From an uncultured Christensenella sp. (GTDB taxonomy: Bacteria; Bacillota; Clostridia; Christensenellales; Borkfalkiaceae), in contig CAZXOQ010000001.1 of assembly GCA_964642415.1 (NCBI GenBank), forward strand, positions 1-48,780: 48,780 bases of DNA, written 5' to 3'. Positions 1 to 8,814 of the stretch are shown here, piece after piece. The first letter of the stretch is position 1. Every line of letters starts with the position of its first letter. Position numbers and translations under genes: made by a program. Under the pieces are notes generated by a model. That model did no database searches. It had not been told where the DNA came from and was given only the letters and a program-made list of their open reading frames with translations.

Positions 1-1263
1 CTCGAATTGTCTTAAAACTCTGTTAACCTCTTGCACGGAAGTTCCGCTGCCTAAAGCGATACGCTGCTTGCGAGAAGAATTTATTATAGACGGGTTTTCA
101 CGTTCTTTTACGGTCATAGACTGAATAACCGCTTTCATAGAAATCATTTTTTTCTCGTCTATATCTTCTTCGCGGATTTTAAATTTACCGCCCATAGAAC
201 CGGGCAACATAGACAAAACGTCCTTTAGTCCGCCCATTTTTTTCATCGCTTCGAATTGAGTTAAATAATCGGAAAGAGTAAAAGAATTTTCTCTAAACTT
301 CTTTTCCATCTTTTTGGCTTGTTCTTCTGAAATAGCGTCTTCAGCCTTTTCAATAAGGGTAAGAACGTCACCCATACCTAAAATTCGGTTAGCCATCCTA
401 TCGGGATAAAAAGGCTCTAAATCGCCGAGTTTTTCGCCCACGGAACAAAATTTTATAGGCTTGCCTGTAACTGCTTTCATCGAAAGCGTAGCGCCGCCGC
501 GAGTATCGCCGTCAAGCTTGGTAAGAACAAGCCCCGTAACCTCTAACCGTTTGTTAAAGGTGTCGGCAACTTCAACCGCGACTTGCCCCGTCATAGAATC
601 TACAACGAGCAAAATCTCCGTAGGGTTAACCTCTGCCTTGATTTTTTCAAGCTCACGCATAAGCTCTTCGTCTATCTGAAGTCTGCCGGCGGTATCTATA
701 ATAACGGTATCGTATCCGTAAGATTTAGCGTAAGCAACCCCTTCTTTAGCGATTTTAACAGGATTACCTTGCCCCTTTTCAAACACATCGCACCCTGCGG
801 ACCTGCCGACAACCTTAAGCTGATTTATTGCCGCCGGACGATAAACGTCACACGCGACCAACAACGGCTTTTTATTTTGTTTTTTAAGAAGTATACCGAG
901 TTTGCCGACGAGAGTAGTTTTGCCTGCGCCTTGCAAACCCGCCATCATAATGACGGTTGGCGGATTATCGGAAAAATTAAGTTTGCTGTTAGAAGAACCC
1001 ATTAGAGAAATAAGCTCTTCGTTAACGATTTTTATAACCTGTTGAGTAGGCGTAAGGCTTTTTAAAATAGCTTCGCCTACAGCACGCTCGGACACACGAT
1101 TAACAAAATCTTTAACGACGGCAATATTAACGTCCGCCTCTAAAAGAGCGATACGCACTTCACGCATTGCCGTTTTAATTTCAAGCTCCGTAAGCCTGCC
1201 GTGCTTTGTAAGCTTAGAAAAAATATGATTCAGTTTATCGGATAATCCTGAAAAGAGCGCCAT
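1..1263 (-). CDS. ffh: Signal recognition particle GTPase Ffh (SRP54); C-terminus cut by window edge
   Basis: Absent from the ORF track because it runs off the window. Hand translation of the minus strand from ATG 1263..1261 gives MALFSGLSDKLNHIFSKLTKHGRLTELEIKTAMREVRIALLEADVN... It carries the SRP54 G-domain motifs GLQGAGKTT (P-loop), DTAGR and TKLDGD. The M-domain text RKQRIALGSGTSVQEVNRVLRQFE reaches nt 1 in frame, so 421 codons are present. The start overlaps the ylxM stop (TAATG). Confidence 0.95.
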   Translation of the reverse strand, partial: MALFSGLSDKLNHIFSKLTKHGRLTELEIKTAMREVRIALLEADVNIAVVKDFVNRVSERAVGEAILKSLTPTQQVIKIVNEELISLMGSSNSKLNFSDNPPTVIMMAGLQGAGKTTLVGKLGILLKKQNKKPLLVACDVYRPAAINQLKVVGRSAGCDVFEKGQGNPVKIAKEGVAYAKSYGYDTVIIDTAGRLQIDEELMRELEKIKAEVNPTEILLVVDSMTGQVAVEVADTFNKRLEVTGLVLTKLDGDTRGGATLSMKAVTGKPIKFCSVGEKLGDLEPFYPDRMANRILGMGDVLTLIEKAEDAISEEQAKKMEKKFRENSFTLSDYLTQFEAMKKMGGLKDVLSMLPGSMGGKFKIREEDIDEKKMISMKAVIQSMTVKERENPSIINSSRKQRIALGSGTSVQEVNRVLRQFE

Positions 1264-1562
1264 TATTCACCTATAACGGAAAGAATTTTAGAAGCGGTTA
1301 CCGAATCGGCATCGTTATTAGCAATAGATTTAAGCTTATCGAACTTATACGCAAGCTTTAAGGTTTTTTCATATTCTTCAAGCCGAGCTTTAGCGTTTTT
1401 AACGGTATCGTAAACGTTTTGTCTGCCGGTATCGGAAGATTCGGCAATCTCAGCAAAAGACAAATCGAGGCAATAATGCGAATAAAACGCGTTACGCTGA
1501 TTTTCGGTAAGCAGCTCGCCGTATATCTCAAAAAGCTGTATATAATAAAAATCCTTTTCCAT
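1263..1562 (-). CDS. ylxM: YlxM/UPF0122 family small HTH protein (putative SRP-associated)
   Basis: LFEIYGELLTENQRNAFYSHYCLDLSFAEIAE...GRQNVYDTVKNAKARLEEYE is the sigma-70-region-4-like YlxM pattern. The gene lies immediately upstream of and overlapping ffh, as in Bacillota. The ORF-track start at 1571 is a GTG; the first ATG is at 1562 (MEKDFYY...). Neither has an obvious SD, so the start is uncertain. Confidence 0.8.
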   Translation of the reverse strand: MEKDFYYIQLFEIYGELLTENQRNAFYSHYCLDLSFAEIAESSDTGRQNVYDTVKNAKARLEEYEKTLKLAYKFDKLKSIANNDADSVTASKILSVIGE

Positions 1563-1599
1563 AAAGCACACTGTAAAACTTTTTTACTTTACAGCAATT

Positions 1600-1628
1600 A
1601 TTATAACCGAGATAACGCAACTTGTCAA
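1600..1628 (-). promoter_or_regulatory. Consensus sigma-70/SigA promoter for ylxM-ffh
   Basis: The minus strand reads TTGACA (1628..1623), a 17-nt spacer, then TATAAT (1605..1600). It lies just downstream of the preceding terminator and about 35-40 nt upstream of the ylxM start. Confidence 0.6.
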
Positions 1629-1640
1629 GTGATTTATCGG

Positions 1641-1683
1641 TAAAAGAAAAAATAAAGCCGCTTTAATTAAAAACGGCTTTATT
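1641..1683 (-). terminator. Rho-independent terminator after the 134-aa lipoprotein gene
   Basis: A 10-bp stem pairs aataaagccg (1651..1660) with cggctttatt (1674..1683) around a 13-nt loop. On the minus strand it is followed by TTTTCTTTTA (1650..1641). Confidence 0.7.
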
Positions 1684-1698
1684 TTAAATAATCTTTGT

Positions 1699-2103
1699 TT
1701 ATGCAGCTTTTACGGTTAAAGTGTATTCCCCTGCTTCGGCAGCGGTTTTATAAGCATTGTTATCGAAAACAAAGTTGATTTCTTCACCGTTTACAATAAC
1801 TTTGCCGTTTTCTTCGTTTTGGATAATATGAATAGCATAAACACCCGCGGTATATCCCTTGCCAAAATCGAATAAAGCAACCCCTTCGGAATCGGTAGTT
1901 ACGGGGATAAGGCAGTTTTCGTCGGTACATAATTGAACTTGAACGCCGGATATTTTGTTGCCGGATTCGTCTACCACGGTAAATTTATAACCGTTAAAAG
2001 CTTTATCGTCGGGGTTTTCGCCGCAACCGACGGCAATTAAAGAAATGCTTGTAAAAAGCATTACGGTTATGATAACCGTTAAAATTTTAGTTAATTTACG
2101 CAT
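1699..2103 (-). CDS. Small lipoprotein, single prealbumin-like (carboxypeptidase-regulatory/SpaA-type) module
   Basis: ATG at 2103 is preceded by AGGAGAA. MRKLTKILTVIITVMLFTSISLIAVGC is a signal peptide plus lipobox. The mature part (KFTVVDESGNKISGVQVQLC...TTDSEGVALF...GVYAIHI) resembles modules repeated in the neighbouring large lipoproteins. Confidence 0.8.
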   Translation of the reverse strand: MRKLTKILTVIITVMLFTSISLIAVGCGENPDDKAFNGYKFTVVDESGNKISGVQVQLCTDENCLIPVTTDSEGVALFDFGKGYTAGVYAIHIIQNEENGKVIVNGEEINFVFDNNAYKTAAEAGEYTLTVKAA

Positions 2104-2188
2104 AATAAATTCTCCTGTTTTCTTGGCGGAATTTCCGCCGATTTTTTTATTTTTATGATTAAACGTTTTTTTGACGGTTTTTTATCAA

Positions 2189-2358
2189 GTCTACGCCACG
2201 TCTTACGCGCTATCGCGCGAGATTGCCACGGCACGTAAACGCGCCTCGCAATGACGTATTGGGTTGCCCGTCATACTCGTCCGCAATGACGTATTATAGT
2301 CGTCCGCGTTTTATCACGTCATTACGAGGAGCGTTGTTAAACGCGACGCGGTAATCTC
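2189..2358. repeat. GC-rich mosaic intergenic repeat, copy A
   Basis: It shares three segments with copies B and C. S1 is cttacgcgctatcgcgcgagattgccacg (2202..2230). S3 is ggttgcccgtcatactcgtccgcaatgacgtatta (2262..2296). S4 is gtcattacgaggagcgttgttaaacgcgacgcggtaatctc (2318..2358). S4 is an inverted version of the unit gagattgccacg-N-cctcgcaatgacg at 2219..2256. Confidence 0.85.
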
Positions 2359-2381
2359 AACCGCTTTTTTCTATCCGTCAG

Positions 2382-5300
2382 TTACGAGTTGGCGGAAGGA
2401 TAAATTCCGATATGCTCGTAATAGAAAGCATAACCGAACCAAGCGTCTTCTTCGTCAAGTCCGACTCTAGCGAGCGCGCGCGTCAAAACTTCTACAAGTT
2501 TTTTATCCGCTTTAACCATACCTTTGGTTTCGCCGTCGGTAGCAGCGCTTTCAGCCAAATTAATAATGTAGTCGGAATAATCCTCGCCTCCCTCGTCGGT
2601 GAAATCGAAGAACAACGTTTCGGTATCAATACGATACTTGCCGGTTGCAAGGTCTAAAAGCGAATAATCTAACATATAACCCAAACCGCTAACGGTTACA
2701 TACATATAAGATTTTTCACCCATATCGATAGAACCGTCGGGCAACACTTGGTGATAATATTCGTCACTACCTAGCTTTGCGTGTAAGTTATTGTGTCTGT
2801 TGATAACGGTAACGATATTGCCGTCTTCGTCAAGAACGTTATTGCCGTTTCCGTCAATTTTAAATGTAAACGTGCCGTCGGAAGCGTAAGTAAAGTTATC
2901 GTAAGAAACGCCGAGTTTTTCAATAAAGAAATCTAATTCACCTAAAGAATCGGGCAAATCGAACGCAACGCCGATATAATAGGTTTTGCCTGCTTCAAAG
3001 GTTACGTAAAGATTAAAGTTATCTACTGCGTCGTCATCTTTACCCGTTCCGGAGATATAAACGTAAGCGCCTTGCTTGCCGACGTATTCCTTTCCGATCT
3101 TAGAATAAACGCGATACGCGCCCGTTTCTTGACAATCGAACTTATGAATGATTCCGCGAGGAACAAGAACTCTGTCAACCACAACGTGAACGGCTTTACC
3201 GAGCTCGGTTACGGCGATAGCTTCTTTTTGGCAAAGTCCTCTTATAGGATTATCGATTTTAGCGCCGGAATAATTATCATAATAAGCGCAAAGCTCTAAC
3301 CACGTGTTATTATCGTAATAAGCCGCAAGTTTTCTTTCACAGAACTTTCTAGTCATCTGATCGAGAACAATTTGAAGCTGTTCGTCTACGGGGCAGTAAT
3401 TTTCTATATAAGAATATTGAGCATACCAAGCATAGCCCTTGCCGTATTCTACGTAACTGTTAAAGTTAGGATCGCTTGTGCCGTTGGTTATATAGGTTAC
3501 GCCTGCCGGATAGCCTGCCGTAACAAAATAACCGCCGGAAGAAAGCGAAGAAACAGAAGAAGGCGACCAAAGCGTTTCACCGCAAATATTAGCCAAAAGA
3601 AGAGGTCCGTCTACAGTGCCGACGTGATAATAACCGTCTTTTTCGTTTAAAACTACGTTTGCATACTTAGTAAGTCTGCTGTTTTCTTGGTCATATCCCC
3701 AAGCCGCCTGACGGAGAAGATTGACGCTTTCGGACTCTTCTATCGTATCGAGTGCAACAGCCGTCATATCTTTTATGGTAACACATTCGTCACCCGTCAA
3801 CCAACCGTCGCTAGAGTCTTTAGAATACATAATCATAAGCGTATGCTCTTCTGCGGCGTCGTCGTATTCGGAATTATCGGAAAGCGCTCTCGGCGTAAAC
3901 GCGTAGAAAGTCTTCCATTCGTTAGAAGTCACTCTGTCTAACGTAGCGGCTTTGCTGCCGTCGATATAAACGTCAAGCGGATCTGCGCCGCTGATATCTT
4001 CAGTATTGGTTTTGTATTTGAACGTTAAAAAGCTATCGCGATTGATTGTAAACTTGAAAGTTATAACCGCCGCGGAATTACTCTTTTTAAGGTTTGCGGG
4101 AGAAATACCGTCATCAGTGATAACCCAAGGCCAATAAGTATCGCCTTCGGGCGCAACGTAAGTTCCCGTTATACCGGTGTTGATTTTATCGTGGATATCC
4201 TCCGAATCGGGCATATCAACGTTGGGTTTTTCAATAGAGGTATCGGGTGTTTCGATAAGATTCGGGTCATAAACCGTTTGAACGTAGTCTTCTGCAGTGT
4301 ATTTGGCAAACTGAAGCTTAAACATAGCCTCGGAAGCAGAACCTTTGATAAAGTTGCAAATCTTGCCGTAACGGTCAATCATTATGCTTGTAGGCGCAGC
4401 GCCTTCCGCATAATATGAGAACGCGTTAAAAAGCGAACCTTCGTCCCTACCCATTTTTAGGGTAAGTTTATAACCGTAGTTAGCCTTATAATTGTTTATA
4501 ACGGTATCAGAGTCTGACGACATTATAGAAAGAGCTAAAACTTCGCTGTCGTTTTCGTGTTTTTCGTAAGCCTTTTGAAGCCCCTCGAATTCGGAACGGC
4601 AAGGACCGCAGGTAGAAAACCAAAAGTTAATTAAAACAAACTTTTTAGTCTTTAATATGTCGGATAATTTAAGAGTTTCTCCCGTAGAAGTTCTTACGGT
4701 AAAGTCGTAAATAATATCGTCCATATAATATTTGTGATTAGCGGGCAATTTATCTTGTATCGGAGCGGAAACAACTTTTATAACCTTTTCATTGTTTTCA
4801 GAATCGGTTTTTAAGCTTTCTTCTACTAAAGAATATCCTTTAGGCAGCCCCGTAACCTCTATATCGTATTCACCGAAAGCGGGCACGCGAATTTTAGCAA
4901 GTCCGTCTTTATCGGTGTTTTTAGAAGCTAAAACATCGTTATCCGACTTAATCGAGAGCGTAACCCCCTTAAGCGGCATTCCGCCGACGGTAACTAAAGA
5001 AAGTTCGTATTGATTAGAAACGCCTTCGTTTTCTATATAAACGGTTTTAGAGGTTTCCGTTTCGCTAAGCTCGTCGTCACCGGAATAAGAGTATCCGTCA
5101 GGCAAGTTGTATAATTCTATATAATAACTTAGCCCCTTGCTTGCGCGAAGAACGGCAACACCGTCACTACCGGTGGTTGCACCGCTGTGCGCTTCGGAAT
5201 CGTTGCCAACCTCGTATAAACGGACTTCCGCATCGAATACGGGAGTTTTATCGGGATATAAAACGGTAATGCGATAATCGATTTTTGCCATTCCGTCGTC

Positions 5301-5423
5301 CGGCGGAGCAATGGTTTCTTTACCGGGAGTCGTTTTATCACCGCAAGCAATCGCAAAGCAAGCGCAAAACGCCGTTAAAAGAGTTAACGCGGTAAGCAGT
5401 ATACGTTTAGTAATTTTTTTCAC
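2382..5423 (-). CDS. Large modular surface lipoprotein with embedded TlpA/ResA-like thioredoxin-fold (CGPC) domain
   Basis: GTG start at 5423 has AAGGAGA 5 nt upstream. The signal peptide and lipobox are ...CFAIAC (Cys27). Residues ~45-215 hold prealbumin-like modules ending LPDGY and LPKGY. Residues ~235-375 contain FVLINFWFSTCGPCRSEFEGLQKAY, with the Cys codons at 4608..4610 and 4599..4601. Residues ~395-560 show a jelly-roll-like pattern. Residues ~590-720 and ~880-1013 hold two copies of an uncharacterised module. Confidence 0.85.
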   Translation of the reverse strand: MKKITKRILLTALTLLTAFCACFAIACGDKTTPGKETIAPPDDGMAKIDYRITVLYPDKTPVFDAEVRLYEVGNDSEAHSGATTGSDGVAVLRASKGLSYYIELYNLPDGYSYSGDDELSETETSKTVYIENEGVSNQYELSLVTVGGMPLKGVTLSIKSDNDVLASKNTDKDGLAKIRVPAFGEYDIEVTGLPKGYSLVEESLKTDSENNEKVIKVVSAPIQDKLPANHKYYMDDIIYDFTVRTSTGETLKLSDILKTKKFVLINFWFSTCGPCRSEFEGLQKAYEKHENDSEVLALSIMSSDSDTVINNYKANYGYKLTLKMGRDEGSLFNAFSYYAEGAAPTSIMIDRYGKICNFIKGSASEAMFKLQFAKYTAEDYVQTVYDPNLIETPDTSIEKPNVDMPDSEDIHDKINTGITGTYVAPEGDTYWPWVITDDGISPANLKKSNSAAVITFKFTINRDSFLTFKYKTNTEDISGADPLDVYIDGSKAATLDRVTSNEWKTFYAFTPRALSDNSEYDDAAEEHTLMIMYSKDSSDGWLTGDECVTIKDMTAVALDTIEESESVNLLRQAAWGYDQENSRLTKYANVVLNEKDGYYHVGTVDGPLLLANICGETLWSPSSVSSLSSGGYFVTAGYPAGVTYITNGTSDPNFNSYVEYGKGYAWYAQYSYIENYCPVDEQLQIVLDQMTRKFCERKLAAYYDNNTWLELCAYYDNYSGAKIDNPIRGLCQKEAIAVTELGKAVHVVVDRVLVPRGIIHKFDCQETGAYRVYSKIGKEYVGKQGAYVYISGTGKDDDAVDNFNLYVTFEAGKTYYIGVAFDLPDSLGELDFFIEKLGVSYDNFTYASDGTFTFKIDGNGNNVLDEDGNIVTVINRHNNLHAKLGSDEYYHQVLPDGSIDMGEKSYMYVTVSGLGYMLDYSLLDLATGKYRIDTETLFFDFTDEGGEDYSDYIINLAESAATDGETKGMVKADKKLVEVLTRALARVGLDEEDAWFGYAFYYEHIGIYPSANS

Positions 5424-5465
5424 TGCAATCTCCTTTATCTTATGGATTTATTTTTTTCAAGGTAT

Positions 5466-5494
5466 ATTATACCATTTTATTTTAACAAAAACAA
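5466..5494 (-). promoter_or_regulatory. Candidate extended -10 promoter for the thioredoxin-lipoprotein gene
   Basis: The minus strand reads TTGTTT (5494..5489), a 17-nt spacer ending in TGg, then TATAAT (5471..5466). This lies about 40 nt upstream of the GTG start. Confidence 0.45.
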
Positions 5495-5632
5495 CAACCT
5501 TTATGCCGATAATAAATTTTTTTTTAACGACTAAAGAGTATTTTAAAAAATTTTCACTTAATAAACGGAAAAGAGTTTTCTATCCTTGCCGCAAATGGCG
5601 GTTAGAATTGAAAAAGTTTATTCTTTCATTAC

Positions 5633-5753
5633 GTCTTACGCGCTGTCGCGCGAGATTGCCACGACGGCTTACGCCGCGGCGCATCTCCGCTTTCGCTACG
5701 ATGGACTAGTCCGTCAAAGGTTGCCCGTCATAGTCGTCCGCAATGACGTATTA
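5633..5753. repeat. GC-rich mosaic intergenic repeat, copy B
   Basis: S1 is gtcttacgcgctgtcgcgcgagattgccacg (5633..5663). S2 is gcatctccgctttcgctacgatggactag (5681..5709), identical to 8995..9023. S3 is ggttgcccgtcatagtcgtccgcaatgacgtatta (5719..5753). Confidence 0.85.
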
Positions 5754-5794
5754 AAGAACAAGCCGCAAGCACGTATAAAAGTGCTTGCGGCTTG
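5745..5794 (-). terminator. Terminator after the 954-aa lipoprotein gene (possibly bidirectional)
   Basis: A 14-bp GC-rich stem pairs caagccgcaagcac (5759..5772) with gtgcttgcggcttg (5781..5794) around an 8-nt loop. TTCTTTAAT follows on the minus strand. The plus-strand side is also T-rich (tgttttgttgattttt). Confidence 0.7.
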
Positions 5795-5843
5795 TGTTTT
5801 GTTGATTTTTAGCCATAAAACAATTTTGTTAAACTAAAACAAA

Positions 5844-8708
5844 TTATTTTTTGGTTATAGTAACGGTGTACATTGAAGAAGAAGCAAACCAATCATTAGT
5901 GTAAAATACAAACTCATATGATCCATTAGCTTCAATAGTAAACTCAGCCTCAAGATAATCTTCGGAGCTTCCGTCTACTAATAATCCTTCTTCATCATAA
6001 ACACATGCTAGCGGGTCATTTGAAGAAATAATATACGTTCCGCCTTCTTCAGCAGTAAAAGTATATGTTTTTCCATCTGAGGTTCCCGTAACCGTATTTT
6101 CACCGATCGTTAACGTAGAATCGGTATCCTCACCGCCGCTGATTGCAAGGGTTAATTCACGTTGTGACTTATTCATATAAGCAGCATATTCATCATACGA
6201 ATAACCTTCCGGTAAACCGTTAATTTCAATACGATATTGAGCGTCATCAAGTTTAAATGAAACAACACCGCTATCAGATACAAGGAGATTTTTTAATTCA
6301 TAAACTTTAACTTGCCCTCTAGAACGATATATAGATACCGTAATATCCGTCCAATCGGTTAAACCCGTAAGGGTTAACGTATATTGCGGAGGTTCGGTAA
6401 CGATTAAGTTAATAATACCGTTATCGTCAATAATCAAATCGGTAAGTTTTATTGCAGTAAATCTGTAGTCTGCAGATAAAGCGGTTAAGCCTTTTAAATC
6501 TACCTTATAACCATCTGCGACGGTGAAAGTTAATTCTTTAGTTGCACCGTCTGTACCGGTAACGTTATCGCCTTCAGTCATATCGGCAAAAGCAACTTCA
6601 TTATTTTTTTGATCTTTTATAATTACGGTAACACCCGATAAAACTTTATCGCCAAACTTAACAACAAATTTGCCCGTTACAATCTTATAAATGGTGATTT
6701 CGTATTCCACACCGGCGTCTGTAGCAGAATCATCGCTATCCCATTCCGTTTTAGACGTGAGAGCGGCAAACCCTTCGGGTAAATTTGAAAGAACTATATC
6801 ATAAACACCGGGGATATAAGTGAGTTTAACAACGCCGTTTTCATCGGTAGTGCCGGATACGCCGTTTACGGTTATTTTTACGTCTTTTACGGCTTCACCG
6901 TTAGAATTTTTAACTGTAAAGGTATTTTCAGAAGCAACTAATTCTTTAATTTCCGCTTTTAACGTATAGCTAGGTTCAAGCGCGTCTGTTGCTAAATATT
7001 GTACTTTAACAACAATCTTTGTATCTTTGTTAACAAAAGGATTAGTTGCACCGTAATACTCTAACCAGCCTTCGAAATCTTCGTCATAATAATAAACTTT
7101 ATAAGCGAATTTTGCGTTTGCATCGGTTTTAGATATTTCTAAGTTCACCCTGCCGTTTTTATCCGCAGTGAATGTATAGTATTTTTCACCGACAACGTTA
7201 TCCGTAAAGGTTTTTTCTGTATTTAGGGGTAGTTCTATTGCATTTGAGTTAGAATAGCCTGAAACATAATCTTTAGAAGCGTCTTTTTTAGTTATTTTTA
7301 TATTATAGTCACCGCTTATTATAAAATCAAATTCCTCACCGGCTTCTAATTCTATTACATTGTACACAGCCGTATACGTATCGGCTTTATCAAATGATTC
7401 AGGATAATTAGGATTACATATAAAAGGCGCATTTGATGAGAAATACCCTTTATCCCCCTCAAAGAAAGGTTCGTTCCATTTTAACATACCGTCGCTATAT
7501 AAAACGTATTCTCCGCTTTCAGTAGGCATAAACGAGAAATATACGCTACTATCCGCAGAACCGGAATACACTTTGTTAAGCTGAATTTCGACAGGTTTAT
7601 CTTCCGAATCACCAACGGGGTTAGACGTTACAAAAGCGATATTGCCATCGGTAGAAGTTGCTTTTATAATACATTTTCCTACGTAACTGTATATTCCGGA
7701 ATCCGCAAGGTCGATACGCGCACCGCTTGTAATATCTTTTATATCTTTTTCTTGATAATATAATATTTTATTATCCGAATCCTCAGCCCAATCAACGTAA
7801 TAGTAAGATTCATATTCTAAAGTGACGCTATCGGCAAACTTAAAGCTAACGGTTGTTACTTCACTTTCAAACAAATCTAAATCATAATCACCTACAAAAT
7901 CTAAGCAGAAATACACCTCTTTATCTTTAGGCGCTTTATAATTAACAACTTCTTTAAAAGAGATATATATAGGATTATCTTTAGAACCGAGTTCAACTTC
8001 TTCACAAGAAACGGCAAATTTTGTTGCGTATTTGCCTGCAACGTTAACCGCCGCGCTATCTAAGATATAATCTACGGATTCACTTTCGCCCGCTTTTATT
8101 ACAACGGTATAAGTAGTAGCGCCCTCTTCACCGAAAGAAACATTTTCATTTAAGGCGGTTACGGTGTATTTCATAACCTTGTTAGTGGTATTGGTTATTT
8201 TAATTTTATTTTCGTATCCCGTTAAAGAATCGTCTTTTTCTATTAAATTAAAGTTATAGTAATAGATACCCTCTTCTTCTACGGAAAGAACATAATTTTT
8301 AAGCAAAACAAAATTCTTTTCGCCGCAAGCACAAGTTTTATAGCCAAAACCGTCGGTAGCGCCCTCAGGTTCTGAAACTACGCTTATTTCTTCACCAAAA
8401 GAGTGAACGTGTTTTTCTTCTTCTTTAGGTTGTGTTGCGGAAAGGTTTTCCGTAGAACCGTCGGAATAAGTGATAACGTAAGAAGAACCGTCTTCGCTTA
8501 AGGCAATAGATGTAATACTTTTTCCGTTAAATTCTTTCTTTAACCATTCTTCGTAGCTAAGCTGCGAATTTGATTGCTCGTACAATGCGAAAAGCGCGGG
8601 ATCTTTTACGTCAGAAAGATCGGTATTGCACGCTGTGAACGCGCCTACGCTTGCCGCCATGCACGATGCGCACAAAACGGTTAAAAGCTTTTTTGTAGTC
8701 TTTTTCAT
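5844..8708 (-). CDS. Large modular surface lipoprotein (954 aa), function unknown
   Basis: ATG at 8708 has GGAGG upstream. The signal peptide and lipobox are ...VGAFTAC. The N-terminal region has an SYEEWL...GKSITSI motif and a His/Cys knuckle (HVHSF...YKTCACGE). The centre shows repeated PPC/jelly-roll-like patterns (YYTFTADKNGRVNLEI, VYFSFMPTESGEYVLYSDG, TYTFTAEEGGTYIISS). Prealbumin-like modules end LSNLPEGF and INGLPEGYSY. Confidence 0.85.
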   Translation of the reverse strand: MKKTTKKLLTVLCASCMAASVGAFTACNTDLSDVKDPALFALYEQSNSQLSYEEWLKKEFNGKSITSIALSEDGSSYVITYSDGSTENLSATQPKEEEKHVHSFGEEISVVSEPEGATDGFGYKTCACGEKNFVLLKNYVLSVEEEGIYYYNFNLIEKDDSLTGYENKIKITNTTNKVMKYTVTALNENVSFGEEGATTYTVVIKAGESESVDYILDSAAVNVAGKYATKFAVSCEEVELGSKDNPIYISFKEVVNYKAPKDKEVYFCLDFVGDYDLDLFESEVTTVSFKFADSVTLEYESYYYVDWAEDSDNKILYYQEKDIKDITSGARIDLADSGIYSYVGKCIIKATSTDGNIAFVTSNPVGDSEDKPVEIQLNKVYSGSADSSVYFSFMPTESGEYVLYSDGMLKWNEPFFEGDKGYFSSNAPFICNPNYPESFDKADTYTAVYNVIELEAGEEFDFIISGDYNIKITKKDASKDYVSGYSNSNAIELPLNTEKTFTDNVVGEKYYTFTADKNGRVNLEISKTDANAKFAYKVYYYDEDFEGWLEYYGATNPFVNKDTKIVVKVQYLATDALEPSYTLKAEIKELVASENTFTVKNSNGEAVKDVKITVNGVSGTTDENGVVKLTYIPGVYDIVLSNLPEGFAALTSKTEWDSDDSATDAGVEYEITIYKIVTGKFVVKFGDKVLSGVTVIIKDQKNNEVAFADMTEGDNVTGTDGATKELTFTVADGYKVDLKGLTALSADYRFTAIKLTDLIIDDNGIINLIVTEPPQYTLTLTGLTDWTDITVSIYRSRGQVKVYELKNLLVSDSGVVSFKLDDAQYRIEINGLPEGYSYDEYAAYMNKSQRELTLAISGGEDTDSTLTIGENTVTGTSDGKTYTFTAEEGGTYIISSNDPLACVYDEEGLLVDGSSEDYLEAEFTIEANGSYEFVFYTNDWFASSSMYTVTITKK

Positions 8709-8814
8709 AACAACCTCCGTTTTTATATCTAACGACTTTTATCGTTCCGCCTATGTATAATACTTTTTTTGCGAAAAAAAGCCGCTGATTTCCTTAGTTT
8801 ATTTAATACAATTG

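Noticed and set aside
461-1005. Plus-strand ORFs of 72 and 140 aa overlapping the ffh region
   Set aside because: They are antisense to a clearly identifiable ffh coding sequence. They have no RBS and non-protein-like composition.
2124-2156. Plus-strand terminator-like hairpin: ggcgga/tccgcc with a 3-nt loop, followed by ATTTTTTTATTTTT
   Set aside because: There is no plus-strand gene for it to terminate. It lies in the 5' leader of the minus-strand lipoprotein gene, just upstream of its SD. It is more likely a leader stem-loop or a chance feature of AT-rich spacer, and the stem is only 6 bp.
5311-5837. Plus-strand ORFs (132 and 83 aa), and the similar pair at 8812..9094, sharing the peptide LRFRYDGL
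   Set aside because: The shared peptide is simply the translation of repeat segment S2. These ORFs span intergenic mosaic repeats, lack RBSs and have Arg-rich junk composition.
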